Shown: positions 12,021 to 24,788 of the stretch, one piece after another | Position numbering within the stretch: position 1 is the stretch's first letter | How the letters are laid out: every line of letters begins with the position of its first letter | Assembly: GCA_010015585.1 (NCBI GenBank) | Contig: ML975151.1 | Length of the DNA: 64,000 nucleotides | Reading direction: 5' to 3' (one strand) | DNA from: Eremomyces bilateralis CBS 781.70 | Taxonomy: Eukaryota | Notes under the pieces: generated by a model | The model's database searches: none | What the model was told of the DNA's origin: nothing | Seen by the model: only the letters and a program-made list of their open reading frames with translations | Program-made: the position numbers and the translations under genes

Positions 12021-14305
12021 CTACGGGTCCTTCTTCGCACTTCGCCTCGTGCTCTGCACCCTCCCCGGCCCCGCCGCCCAACGCATCAACCCCGACGCCA
12101 CCGGCTTCTTCTTTTTCTTCGCCGGCGCCGCCGCCGCCATGGCAGCCGCCGCGGTCGGAGGCATCATCGGATGCGGGGGGATCGGAGCACCCGGGTGCAT
12201 GGGCGGTCCGGGCGGCGGCGGCGGCATCATTGGCATCCCGGGCGGCGGCGGCGGGAAGCCCATGGGGGGCGGGCCGACGGGAGGGAAGGGCATCTTGGAC
12301 TTTGACTTGCTGCCCTTCTTGCCCTTCGAGCCGGGGATGGTGGGCATGCCAAGGGGCAGGGGGGGGAGCATGCCGGGGGGAAATGGATGATGCGCGGCAA
12401 GCTCTTTTTCTTTCTTTTTCGGGTCCTCCATCGGCCATAGCTTCATGGTGATCTCCCAGTCCGGCTTGATCATGGTCTCCCAGACTTGGGGGAGGATGAT
12501 GACGCCGTCCGGACCAAGGAGGTCGTAGTGGCCTTCATGGACGTGCGGGCCGATGACGTCGACGTGGAGGAAGGCTTGCTTGATGAGGTCTTCCATGCCC
12601 TGGATGTGATGTTAGCCACTGGTGTTGCATGTAAAAATGTTGATTAAGGAAACGTACTCTCCATGTCTTGCAAATGGACCAGGGAAACTGGAACTTCCGG
12701 CCGACCGCATCCTTAAATCGGATTGGTGACTCTTTCGGTTTCATCTTCTTGAGCTCTTCATCGGCCGCCTTTTGGGCGGCCTCGGCCTTCTCCTTGGCCT
12801 CTTTCGCCGCCGCCATTTCCTTGTTGTGCGCTTCCTTCGCTTCGTCCTCTTTCTTTTTGAACTCGTCCTCGGCCTTCTTGTGTGCCGCTAGTGCGACCTT
12901 TTTGAATTCTTCATTCTTTTCGGCCACCGCTCTGGCGGCCGCTTCCTTGGCCGCCTGGGCCTTCGCTGCGGCTTCATACTGCTCGTGTCGCTTCAGCATC
13001 GCCTCCTCGCGTTTGGCGGCTTCGTCCTTCTGTGCGAACAGCAGCTCCTCGAGCTTTCGGAGTTTGTCCAGCTCGGCTTGCTTCTTGGCATCTTCCGCTT
13101 GCTTCTTCGCCGCCACCTGTTTCGCTTCCTCCAGTTGAAGCTGCCGCTGCAGCAGCTCTCTGATTTCTTCGAATCGCGGATCTTTAAGGGCCTCTGCGGG
13201 CGCCGATGGGGGCCGCTGAGGCGCTGGTTGTGGGGGAGGCGGTTCGGGGGTGACGGCGTGGGCAGAGGCTGGGGTCGGGGCGCCTGCTGGAGGAGGGGGA
13301 GGCTGTGGGGGAGCAGGCGGGGGACTTCCGCCCGGTGGAGGGTACATAGGATAGCCCGGCGGCATATATGGTGGATATTGTGGATAGTAGTTATTTGGGC
13401 TGTATGCCATCATGTCCATGGCGCCAGGGTGTGGCATTGAATATCGAGGATTTCTTCTCGATTGCTCCCTGAAATAGCCATCCGGGGGCGGTGGGGGTTG
13501 TCGACCACCAAAGGCGTTGGGTCGGCCTGGATCCGGATCGAACGGGTTTGGATAACCGTATGGATCGGGACCTCGAGGGTAAGGAACTAAGGAGTCGGGT
13601 AGGTGTGGAGGAGGGTGAAACGGTGCACCGTAGGGGCCAGACGCCATACTTGGAGCATATGGTGCGGTATTATGCGGGACATGTGACCACTGCGGACTCG
13701 GATGAGGTGGATGCTGAGGTGGCCGGCCAAAGTGGCCGGGGAAGTCGTCCTCGTAATCCAGGCTGTCGGGAATGGAGGTTTGCCTGGATCTCGGCACCTC
13801 CTGATACTCCCGGCGACGACGAGGCGCTCGACCTTGCGCGGAACGGTTTCGCGACCGTGGTGGTGGATCGTCTACGGGGATCTGACGCGACGCTGAACGA
13901 CGTGGTCGTGGAACGTGCGCTGGATGGCGGGTAGGCGCTCGTGGTCGGGATGCTGAGTCGGATGGCTCGATATCGTCCTCTGCGTAACCAACGTTCTCCC
14001 ACTCCTCGTCGTCGTCCACTTCCTCGTCCTCCTCTTCGTCGTCCTCCGCTGAGGCTGAGCTGGTGTATGCTCCTCGAGAAACGTCGACTCCCGATGAGAT
14101 GTCCTCGTCGGAGATAAGGTCGTGCGTTCGTTCGGAGTCGGTGGAGTTACTGAGCGTGATATTCTTCCTATACATACGAATCGCGGAAAGAAGTCAGCCA
14201 GACTGCGCGAAATCATGAGGCTGTTTGAGATGGATGCGGAATAAATTTGGACGCGGAGACAGACTGCAAGCAGCAACGGAAGAAACAGTCAGCTACTCAC
14301 GGCAT
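12021..14305 (-). CDS. Proline-rich/coiled-coil protein with C-terminal fungal ubiquitin-like domain; 3 coding exons, the first only 5 nt
   Basis: IRFKDAVGRKFQFPW..GMEDLIKQAFLHVDVIGPHVHEGHYDLLGPDG..ILPQVWE is a conserved fungal domain. Introns at 14168-14300 (GTGAGT..GCTGAC..TAG) and about 12600-12656. Confidence 0.82.
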
Positions 14306-15009
14306 GGACGCAGTAATGTACAGTACTGTCTATCTCGCTAGCACTACCCCTCCTTCCAGAGAAAAGGGCGGCGAGCGCGATAGATCCAAACGCGCAGGGA
14401 CAACAAAGAGATTGTTTGGGGAGCAGGAATCCTGGGGGAGCCCAAACCTGGAACTTGGCGGCCGCGTGATCCAGGGAATGTCGACGAGACGAATCCCAGA
14501 ACCGTGGTTTGCTGGCGCGTGAAACGATCGGATCGGCCTGTGGATGCCCAATGGCGGCAGAATCACAGAGACAGCGGCGTAGGTGGGATGGAGAGAAAAG
14601 ATCGGGTCAAGAGTATCGGAGAGCTTGGTGTATGCTGTGGCGGCAAGGAGTTGATTTGGTTGAGTGGGATCTCCAGGGAGAAAAAGAGGAGGGAGGACTC
14701 AAGGGGGAGGGGGGGGAGGGGTCCAAATGTGTGGGGGATGAAAACGTGAGAGTTGCTGGCAGCTTTGTGACCGTGTCAGAGACTTAAACACACTGTAACT
14801 CTGTAGCACTGGTACGTAGATTCCAAACTGGTTCCAAACAAGAAGCGAGGGTTAAGCAAGGCTGATCTGGAAGTCTGGTCGAGTGGTCGGTTACAAATAG
14901 ATTCGTCTCCGAATCAATGGCCGTGACGAAAGGGTCTGGGCGTGGGCAGAGCCAACAACGTCTAGACCACCTCAGATTGCGGGTGCAGTATGTATTTAAG
15001 GTGCCGAGG

Positions 15010-15053
15010 CCAGAATTGGGCCAGAATTGGGCCAGAATTGGGCCAGAATTGGG
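15010..15053. repeat. Perfect tandem repeat (CCAGAATTGGG)x4
   Basis: 11-bp unit read directly four times. Confidence 0.95.
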
Positions 15054-16608
15054 ATGGGATAGAAGGATTCCGGTGCAAAGGGACCTGTCGTCTGTAGGCA
15101 AGGGACGGAACAAGATGAAGGTGGAATTGTAGTGTGCTACTTTTTTTCGAATGCTTGCTTGTTGGAGGGTTGAAACTTGGAGCGAAAGAGGGATGGCTTG
15201 ATGATCAATCGTCACGGCTCAGCAAACAGCGACTTTTGCCGAAACCAGGTCAACAATCTTTTCTTTTAGTTCCGTTCCGGTCGGCCCAAAAAAAGTCGTT
15301 TCGAAAATCTCGGTGTGAGGGATGATGCGGGCAGAGGGACGGAGGGACTGAGGGGCTGTAGGGTTTAGACTGGACGTCAAAAGTCAAAACACGTCTAGGC
15401 TGTCGTGGTCGCTAGACTGCTTCGGTGATAGACCGCGATGGAGCTGCAGAGTCCAAGTCGAGCGCTTCGATGCGTCGCGCATTGGATGGGCTGCACGGAG
15501 TCCTCAGGAGTACAAGGACGATGCTGACTCTTTGACAGGTGTGTCCTGGTGGATGGGGCTGTCTGATGATATGATAGGTAGTGTATTTTTGAACAATAAT
15601 AGGTATTTACCACGGTATGGCGGGGTTGAGATTGGCGTACAAGATAATATAGTAAATACGGACAGTCGACACAGAATGAGCTCGAATGTTTACGTCTCTC
15701 CGAGGTCTCGAGATCAAGATACGAGAAATGCTAGTGAGTTGTGACACGATCATCAATCGACTCGTACGACTAGACTGCTTTGCTTCCATGCATTTGTACC
15801 GCGGGGATACGTCCAGCACGTTTTTAAACCGGATGCCACTATCATCCTGATATTTTGACGCGCTGTTCGATCTCTTTCGCCGGCACTGTTGTCTCACTTC
15901 ATTCTTTCGCCTGCGGCCCAATGTCGTCGGTCCTCTGCATTGGGTGAGTCAAGCAAAGCGACAACACCCCCAACATGAAGCTGGCCACCTCCGCGACGTC
16001 ATGGTCCAGAACGCCCCAACGTGCAGCAATTCCATCGATGCAGCTATCGTGGGATTGGTGCGCGAGGGAGCGGACCCATGGTTGGGCTCCAGTCGGCGTG
16101 ACGGCGTCGTTGACCGGAGTCTGACGCTGCGATTCCCATTTCGAGGGCGCCAGCTTGGACGGCGGCCAACACGTGTCGTGCGTTCGCTGCCCAATCTGGA
16201 CTTGGTCGTGCCTAGCTACGACGGTGGCGTCCTCCTCGCGGATATTGGCCGTGGAGTTCTTCTGGACTTGGGTGTGCGGCGAGTTTGTCAACCGCCCTTC
16301 GTTGCTCGAGTGGTGGTACAAAATGACGAGTGACACGGTAATCTCAGCCTAGTAATCTCAGCCTAGTATATGAGATTGTCACACATATACGTAAAAATTG
16401 GAAGTGGATGCTGGAAAAAAAGTGTCGAAGGTAGGTCTGTACGACATGTCCAAGTAGAACACCTTCCGGTCATCGCAAATATTTGACTTCATAGACACAT
16501 GAGGAGGTGAGTCCCACGCGACGCAGTATGTAGACTCATATAAACAGATGTCCGAGGACAGTCAAAGAGCCAAAACGACCAACGGGGTATCGCATGCGCC
16601 TATCAACA

Positions 16609-19600
16609 TTACTCCATCCCAAATATAAACACCTCGCCGATCACGTTACCCGCCGTACTCACGACCCACAGCACAATCAGGAACGTCCCGACCCATCGAT
16701 CCATCTTCCACCCTCGCAACGGCACGATGATTAGTAGCCCCACCAAAATCACCACCAACGCCGCCCCCGAAACGATCAGCGATCGGCTCACGTCCAACTT
16801 GTACGGCTTGAACCGGATCGACTGATCCGGGTGCTTCTCGTGCGTGTGACTCGCCCGTCCGATCGTCATGTACCCGCCGCTGAGGCCGATACCGAGTAAG
16901 ATATTGAGCATCGGCCCGCCGAAGCACGCGCTGAGCGCCATGACTGGGTAGCCGAGGCGCGCCACGGTGATGTTGGCAACCAGATCGCCGAGCGAGTTGC
17001 CGACGGCGAAAATAGTCAGACCGAGGATGGCGTCGGAGATGTTGAAGATGACGCCGACGGTCTTGAGGACGCCGACGACCTCGCCGGCGATGGTGCTAAT
17101 CCACGACACGCTGACGATGAAGCCGACAGCGCAGAGCGCTTTCCGCCATTTGGGAGGGCGGGAGGGGGTGGTGGTTTTGAGGATGAAGAGGAGGAGGACG
17201 AGGGAGATGAGGAGGGCGATGAGGCTGGGTCGGAGGAGGGCGGCGGGGGTGCCGTCCATGTTGGCCCAGACGATCAGCACCACGAAGAAGGGCGCGGTGA
17301 AGATTTGGATGATCACGAGCCAGCGGTCCCATACCTCTTCTTCTACCGCGGCGAGAATGGGCGACGGCATTTCCATCGGGGAGTCGAGCAAGCGGCTCTC
17401 AGATGGTGAAAGAAAAGCGTTCTGTGGATGGAATGCGCGTTCATGATAATGTTGCTGAGAGGCGGCCAGTTCAGCAGGCGCCTGGAAGGGGCGGTAACTC
17501 CCGGCACGGTCTCTATGTGCAGCAACCGACTGCCTTTCCGCATTGAGCGGTGACAGTGCACCAGGTGTGACATCATCACGGTATGCCGCTGTGCTCTTCC
17601 TTGCCCACTCACCGTCGGTGGTCCGCCTGGACAGTGCCGGGAGGCTGTGCTCGCGAAAATCATCGTCCTCTACAATCTTATCGTTCTCAACGACGGGGAG
17701 AGTGATGGTCAGCAGGAAGACGCTCGGTGCAGCGATAATCCCGAGCACTCGTTCCCATATATTCTTGTCCCCCCACGAGTACAGGGTCGGGAAAAGCGTC
17801 GAGAAAAGCTCGGTCGGTGAAGGCAAAACGGTGTAGGGCCACCATGACAGTGGCTTCAGCTGAGCCGCCAACGCCATGTCGGGCACATGGGAGAAGTAAT
17901 CGCTGGATATACTCGGTGGGGGAAGGCGAATACTGGGTGCCCTCGACGACGAGGCCGAGGCTGCATTGTCGGTATAAGGAGGAAATGTAGTAGCAGGCGA
18001 TGATCCGGACTCGCCAGTTGGTATCACAAGTTTCGGCGACGGTTTCGAGTGCGTGGCACCGTAACTCTGGTGTTGCTCTGCATGGTTCCCGCTTGGTGCA
18101 ACTCGTGGGGGGCCAAGGGAAGCGTCTGGTGGCATGAGGAAGTCGGTGGATTTCGGTCGAGGAGGGCTAGCATGAGCATCTGCCTTCAAGGACGTGGCCG
18201 GAGACACGGAAACCGATGGAGAAGGTGGAGCGGCGGTTGACGATCGCCTTGACGAACTAGCCTGGCTCTCTGGGACCCGATTGAAGGCATCATGTGGACT
18301 TAGGAAATCGAGATTCGCTCCATGACGGGGGATAGCATCTGTAGACATATCTTCCGCGTCGTTGGTCGACACCGCTCTTGGCCTGGCACTGGGCGCCATC
18401 CTCGAATTGCCACCAGAGTCTGCATGAAGAGAATGTACACTCCTTGCCGCCGGATCCGAAATGAATGAGAGTTGGTCCTGCTGCGTCCCCAAATTTAAGG
18501 TCGGGTCGTCGGAATATCGTCGAAGGTTGATGGGTAGGTTCATGATATTTCGTGACTTTTGCAAGCTGCTCAACACTGCCCGGAACTCCAACGCACCCAC
18601 CAAGCTTGGTCGTATCGGATTTTGCCCCGTCGGTCGTCTCCCCGTATTCGGGCGGATCAGACGCATGTTGCTGCTCAGTCTTCCCAGAACCCGTTCTCGG
18701 GCTTCTTCGTCATCTTCGTCCAACGTCCCGGGTTCGTGATCGGCCTCTAATGAGGGGAAGTCCTCAGCCATGTGTCGTGGCGTTTGTTCGGTTCCCGTGT
18801 CGCCTTCGTCCTCGTCACGATAGGGTTCAATCGGTTCCACATCTCCGTTGGCATCGACCGAGGCATATTGCCCTCTTGCGGCGACATCCCTGATCCTCTG
18901 TTTCTTTCGTCGACCCAACCACCAATGCCATGTCACGACGAATGCCACATAAAATATGTAAAATCCGACCATGACGCCGCATTCCCACAAATACAACCTG
19001 CCATCCCACAAGAAGACCAAGCTAAAGCTTGCCGAGACCAGGAAAAAACACACATCGCGTATAAAGCTCTTCCTGTTCACCCGAAACGGCCGGACCAGGG
19101 CCATGGACCCCGCCACCATCGCGGTAATGAAGCCCGCCGCGCCGAACAGTTCGCCGACCGCCAAACTTCCGCTATTGGTACTCATGGCCGCGAACGTCGA
19201 GAAGACATCGGGACTTCCGTTCCCAAAGGCCAGGAGGGTCACCCCCGCCAAGCTCTCGCTCATGCCTAAGATGCTCGATATGGTGCTCAGATTGACGCAG
19301 AAGAAGTCGCTGGCGGCGATGCCAATAGTGCTGAAGAGCAAGCCGAGCCATAGTACGATTATGGTTATCGCCAAGGGTTTGGCTTGGGGCAGGCGACAGT
19401 AGTAGAGTTGCAGGTAGGAGAACAGGCCGGCTTCTTCGTCGGCGCAGTTCTGTTGGACGAAGGCGCATTGGTCTTCGGCTTTGTGGACGAGGTGGCACTG
19501 GTGGGCGTTAGATAGGGTTATATGCTCCGGTCAACTCATGCGACTTACAGCAAGGTCTTCGGTGGTTGCGAATATATCTCGGCGGAGCAACGGCGACCGG

Positions 19601-19779
19601 ACGTTAGAGTTCCGGTCATGCCGCCGAACCTGGGCGGAGAGCAGACTGCCCGATATAAGAATGGAGACAATGATCAGAGTCCACACAAAAGGGCGAGCAG
19701 AGTATGTACGCTGTCGACCCAGGCGACTGCTGCCATAGCCGCCAGAGTTCGGGGTCCTGGAAGTAACGAAAGACGTCAT
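16609..19779 (-). CDS. Cation/Ca2+ exchanger (CCX/NCLX-like, YDL206W-like); 2 exons
   Basis: Alpha repeats GVTLLAFGNGSPDVFS and GLTIFAVGNSLGDLVAN; N-terminal DQCAFV..NC..YLQLYYC; intron at about 19498-19548. Confidence 0.9.
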
Positions 19780-20362
19780 GGTGGGAATAGCATGATGCGA
19801 AATTGAGGGAAAGATAGGAGGATAAGATTGCGTTTAGGAATGAAATCGTAGCATATTTAAAGAAAAAAGACAGTCATATATCATGGCCAGTTCACAACAT
19901 CATCAATTGAACGTGACCAGAAGCTTTGTGGATCATGGTTGGGTGATATAGAGCATCGACCAAAGGTGATGCCTGGAACATGGGCAGCCATCCGATCCCC
20001 CGATTCATGTTCCAGCCGGAGGCTCTCCGCTCCCTGTTGCCTCCTGTGGCTGTGATCGCTCCATCATATCTGAATTTCTGATGTGACATTGTGGCGTTAT
20101 TTCTTTTCACAATCACGTGCATTCGCATTCAATGATGTCCGAGTCCACCAGGAACATCGATCGTGAGAAGCCCTCAACTTCTCAAGATGCTCGTGTGACT
20201 TCCCCCTATCGACACGAATTCCCTTTGATTTCTTCGACATTACTTACTGGGCCTGTCACCTGGCAAAGCCAATCCGTCATCGGTCATTGCTTTCCCTCAC
20301 CGTAGTCGTTCATTCCATGCCTCACGTGTCCTGCCATCGCCCACTCGGTGTGCTCGTCGACA

Positions 20363-21752
20363 ATGAAAGGAGATCCCGCCGTGGACGATGAACTCGATGC
20401 CTTCAGCCTGGTGCTCCCCCTTCCCTTTCGCGTGGCCTTGATCATTGTCCTGGGAGTATGGGCCTGGGGCGCCAACCTTCACTATCTCACCCTTATTAAA
20501 ATTGTATGTTTCTCGGCTCCCGACTGCATCCATGTTGCTCACAGATATAGGATGTTCCTGCACTCATTCGCTATCCATCCCGATCCTCCTCCCGTCATCC
20601 GCCCCACCACCTCTCCACGTACCGCCTCGCCTCCGTCCTCTCCGTTCCCCTTGCCTCCGCCCTCGTCTTATTCTGGCTGTTCACCCATGGCAACGCCAAG
20701 GAGGTGGCGCGCTGGGAGCTCCTCCCGAACCTCTACCTCCTAGTGATGGTGGTCATCTTCTTCCTCCCCCTCCACATGTTCTCCCGCTCCGGCCGCTCCC
20801 GATTCTTGACTACCCTCCGCCGCATCAGCATCGGCGGCCTCGCTGAGGCGCACGACGGGAAGTTCGGCGACATCCTCATGGCCGATGCGCTGACCTCGTA
20901 CGCGAAGGTGCTGGGCGACCTGTTCATCTCGCTCTGCATGTTCTTCTCGAGCGGTCGCTCGTCCACGGGGAAGCCGGATCGGCTGTGCGGGGGCCAGTTT
21001 TTCGTGCCGTTGATCATTAGCATCCCGAGCATGATCCGGCTGCGACAGTGTCTGATCGAGTACGGGCGCGTACGGAAGGCGTCGAGGGAAGCGCCGAGGG
21101 GCCTGGGAGGGATAAATCAGGGGTGGGGCGGACAGCATTTGGCCAACGCGCTGAAGTATTCGTCGGCGTTTCCGGTCATCATTCTGAGCGCATTGCAGCG
21201 AGGGTACGACCCGGAGAAGATGGGCATGTCGGAAAAAGGGCTCTTTCGCTTGTGGTATGTGCATCGTGCGTTTGGTCGGAGGAGACCTCTAGTGACATCC
21301 AATGACCAGGCTTTTCTTCGTATGCGTGAATTCGTTCTATTCGTTCTATTGGGACGTTGCCAAGGACTGGGACCTCAGCCTCTTCTCATCCGATCGCGAT
21401 AACCCCGAGCACCCCTGGGGGTTGCGACGCCATCGATACTTTCACAACGATAATATGTATTATACTGTCATCGTGCTGGACCTGGTGCTGCGCTGTACGT
21501 GGAGCTTGAAGCTCTCGTCACATTTGGATCATTGGAACGACGTGGAAGGGGGCATTTTCGCCATGGAGGCGCTGGAGGTGTTTCGGCGTTGGGTTTGGAT
21601 CTTCTTTCGGGTGGAAACCGAGTGGGGTGAGTCGGATGGTTTCAAGATGGGTTGAGTCGTGCTGACATTGACTTGTAGTGCGCAATAATCGCGGACCCGC
21701 CCTTGATGATGTCCTGCTGGGGGATATGACCAGCAAGTTGGATGAGGACTAG
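20363..21752 (+). CDS. ERD1: EXS-family protein Erd1 (ER retention defective); 4 exons
   Basis: FGDILMADALTSYAK, RLRQCLIEY, HLANALKY, SFYWDVAKDWDL, LEVFRRWVWIFFRVETEW; introns at about 20504-20550, 21256-21309 and 21627-21678. Confidence 0.88.
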
Positions 21753-22150
21753 GGACTCGCGCCATCGGACCAAGCGGAGTCTTAAACCATGTATCAATAG
21801 AAATCCTAGAGGACAATGAATATGTACCTGGCATTGTCACGTTATGAATGATGCCCCGTTCCCGCTATACAAGAATTGGATCGGAATCGGATGCCGCGTT
21901 CCAGCCATCCGAAATGTCTCAAACCCCAAGCGCCATTTGCTCTAGCCAAGGAATATGATCGTTATGAAGGAGAAGAATATCCAAGAACAAGAAAGAGCCA
22001 TGTCGCATCCGTAACCACCCCAACAACCCGGGGTTTGGTTGCGTCAGTCTCATCCGAAAGTGATGCGAAGTCAAATCCTCCCGCTGGTATCATGCGCAAT
22101 CGATCCCGAAACGCCCGCCAATGCTTCCAACGGCCCCACGTCCCACCCCC

Positions 22151-22672
22151 TCACGGAATATCCTTCGTCTTCCCATTCCCCGCCCATATCCCGCCGCCGA
22201 CCGCCCTCGAAATCCCCACCCCCACCCCTACCGCCGCCGCTAGCACTAGAAGAATAATCAGAACCTTGACCCCCCACCGCTGCCGCTTATTCAATCCTAG
22301 CAACGGGTTGCATGCGCGCTCCCGCTTCGCGATCTTCGCCTTCTGCTTGAGCGTCCGCTGGGTCGGCCAGACGGTGCAGTCCTTGGGCCGGGCGTCCATG
22401 GAAGGCTTGGGGAGGTGGGTGGTGGACGAGGCGGCGGCGGGGATGGAGGCGGGTTGGGATTCGAGGTCTTGGTCGTAGAAGTCGAGGCGGGTGCGGGATT
22501 CCGAGGCCGCTTTCTCGAGGGACTGCCGCGTGGTGGGGTGGCTGTAGAAAGGGGAGACTGGGTTGGCGGTGTCGAAGTCGTTGCCGAGGGTGGTGGTGGT
22601 GGAGATGGGTTGGGTGCTGGCGTCGACGGAGGGACGGATCGACAAAGGAGCTTTCTCGCTGAACTCGGCCAT
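22151..22672 (-). CDS. Small fungal protein with a single C-terminal transmembrane segment
   Basis: 173-aa ATG ORF with GC-rich codon bias; DCTVWP motif; hydrophobic VLIILLVLAAAVGVGVGISRAVGGG. Confidence 0.75.
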   Translation of the reverse strand: MAEFSEKAPLSIRPSVDASTQPISTTTTLGNDFDTANPVSPFYSHPTTRQSLEKAASESRTRLDFYDQDLESQPASIPAAASSTTHLPKPSMDARPKDCTVWPTQRTLKQKAKIAKRERACNPLLGLNKRQRWGVKVLIILLVLAAAVGVGVGISRAVGGGIWAGNGKTKDIP

Positions 22673-23849
22673 GGTGCCGTTCGAGACTAGAGAGGCGGTG
22701 TGGAGGAGAGTTGAGGAGGGTGTCGTGACGGCGTCGAGATGGCGGTGACTCGAGGGGGATTATGACGAATCGGTATGTGGATATTCGACTCGAGCAGTGG
22801 GCCTGTGTCGTAAGGTAATGTAAAGCAATATGTGAAGAAGCTGATTATAGCTTGATCATAAAGGCGAGTCCTTGAAACAGTCGGCAGATGACTGTCCAAG
22901 CAACAACCCAGATGAGATGCAGTGATCAAAAGCTGATAAACTCTCCCGACAACTAATTGTAGATATTATGAAGAAGAATTAACGAAGCTGAAGATGGATA
23001 TCTCTGAAACTAAGTGGTGAATGCAAGAAACTGGTGATGTGGTCGTGTGCAATCTCCGAGACAAACGTCAACGAAAGGGGCAGCAACAAGTCGTCACGGG
23101 CAACTTGGGCTGATATCCAGCAATTGCGAGCCGCAAATCAGCACAATGCCATCTTTGGACGGAATTTACAACTTGACGATTGATAATAGTAAAGATTGTT
23201 TTCCAGAACATTGAAGGAAATCTACTTGGTTGAACAATGAAAAGCAAGAAACGGACCAGATGAAAGAAGCACAGAACCAAGGCGGCCCAGAGCCCCAGAA
23301 ACCAGAGGATTGAACGCCATCCATGGACCTGACAGGTGGGAACAGGGCACGATCTAGTCCATGCGAGGGAAGGGGGTCTGGATCGAATGGAATTGCAATT
23401 TGCACGCTACAGAACCCAGCAGGCCAGCACGGCTGGGACAATTGGTAGAGACATGGCTGGGAGTATAGCAACCTCCGCGAGGGAGAGTTGGAGGTTTGGA
23501 GGAGTGGGAGGTGCTGCCACTGGAGACACTAGGTGCGACTGAGGGCGAGACCTAGAGAGTGGAGAGTGGCCAGATGGAGAGATCCCCTGTCAATCGCCCA
23601 TGAAATTCGCTCTAATAATTCAAAGATTTCAGGGACTTTGCCTGCTGCGTCGCGGCCACACCAGCGGTGGGGGACGCCATTGAGATCCTCCCGACTCTAG
23701 CTCACATGCAACCCTGCATCTTTGCAGCGATATGAGCAATCAAATATTGAATGAAGATCATATGGTTTGCCTTTACTCACTTTAGCTCTCTATCCCTAGC
23801 GTCGGGGCATCGGATTGTGGGGCGTGCCAATGCTGTGCCACCAGTCCAG

Positions 23850-24443
23850 GGACTGTTCGACTGAATTATATTTGTAATATTTCAGTAGTTACGGTAAGTT
23901 ATATAACTATTTAAATCATAATTCAAAGCTGCTGAGATTTGTTCCCCCGTTTTGGAGATTTGTCCCCCGCTTGAGACAATGTCCCCCGCGCTAACTGGTA
24001 ATGGTGGAAATTAATGGATTAACCAAGCCTAGCGTACATCACTAATCTTCCCCTAGGACAACTTCAGCGCTCAATTCATTCTTTTTCTCACAGGTCCAAA
24101 CAGGGAGGATATTGCTCCCCCCTCTGGATTGTCTTTACGCTTCCATGATGAAGCCTATATTGCTCTTAGGATCCATGGCATGCAGCATGGATACGGCTTC
24201 GTACTCAAGCGGAGAAAATCTCACAATTCTGATGTTAATGCACGATATTACTACCAGTGCGATCGATTCAGAAAGTATCAGTCAAGAGCAAGGATTCTAA
24301 GTACAAGCACACGCGCAACAGGATGTCCCTTTTAAGTTTATTATCTTTAAGGCAAAGCAATCAGAGGATAACGACCAGTAGAAGCTAGAGGTTCAACATA
24401 AGCATCATAACCACTCTCGATCACTCGACCCCAGTGCGCATAG
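23850..24443 (+). mobile_element. Mutator-like (MULE) DNA transposon relic with a degenerate N-terminal FAR1/WRKY-GCM1-type zinc domain
   Basis: HGYGFVLKR..YYYQCDR..TRATGCPF / KFIIFK..Q*KLEV..HNH..PSAH, with a +1 frameshift at about 24333 and TAG at 24379; three GAGA-TGT(T)CCCCCG-like repeats at 23935-23990; left boundary approximate. Confidence 0.75.
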
Positions 24444-24788
24444 TGCCACAACACAGAGTGGGTGAATAGCGTGATACGAGTGGGCGAGTAGCAAGAGAGT
24501 AACTAGCGATGCTTGATTGATGGAATCTATGCTGTTTCGGGCTTGAGGCCAAGACTCAGACTGATCCTTGAGGACGAAAGAACTCCGTGAAGGCTGCGAC
24601 CGTTTATATAGAGGGATGCATGTGTATCATGTGACTAGCATCCTCCTAGTCTGACTGTGTTCTCACACGATACATTACGTTTTTCATCGAAGCCTAAACA
24701 TAACTCATTAACTATCTAGAGTAGCTGTACGGAGTACTCGTCGCCATTATCGGATGCTATGCTCTCCGAGGCCCACCGAGTTCCCCAA

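Noticed and set aside
15010..15053. CRISPR-like or telomeric array
   Set aside because: Head-to-tail 11-mers with no spacers, not TTAGGG, in a eukaryotic context
15899..16336. Overlapping 129-145 aa ORFs on both strands
   Set aside because: No recognisable motif or convincing gene structure; left uncalled
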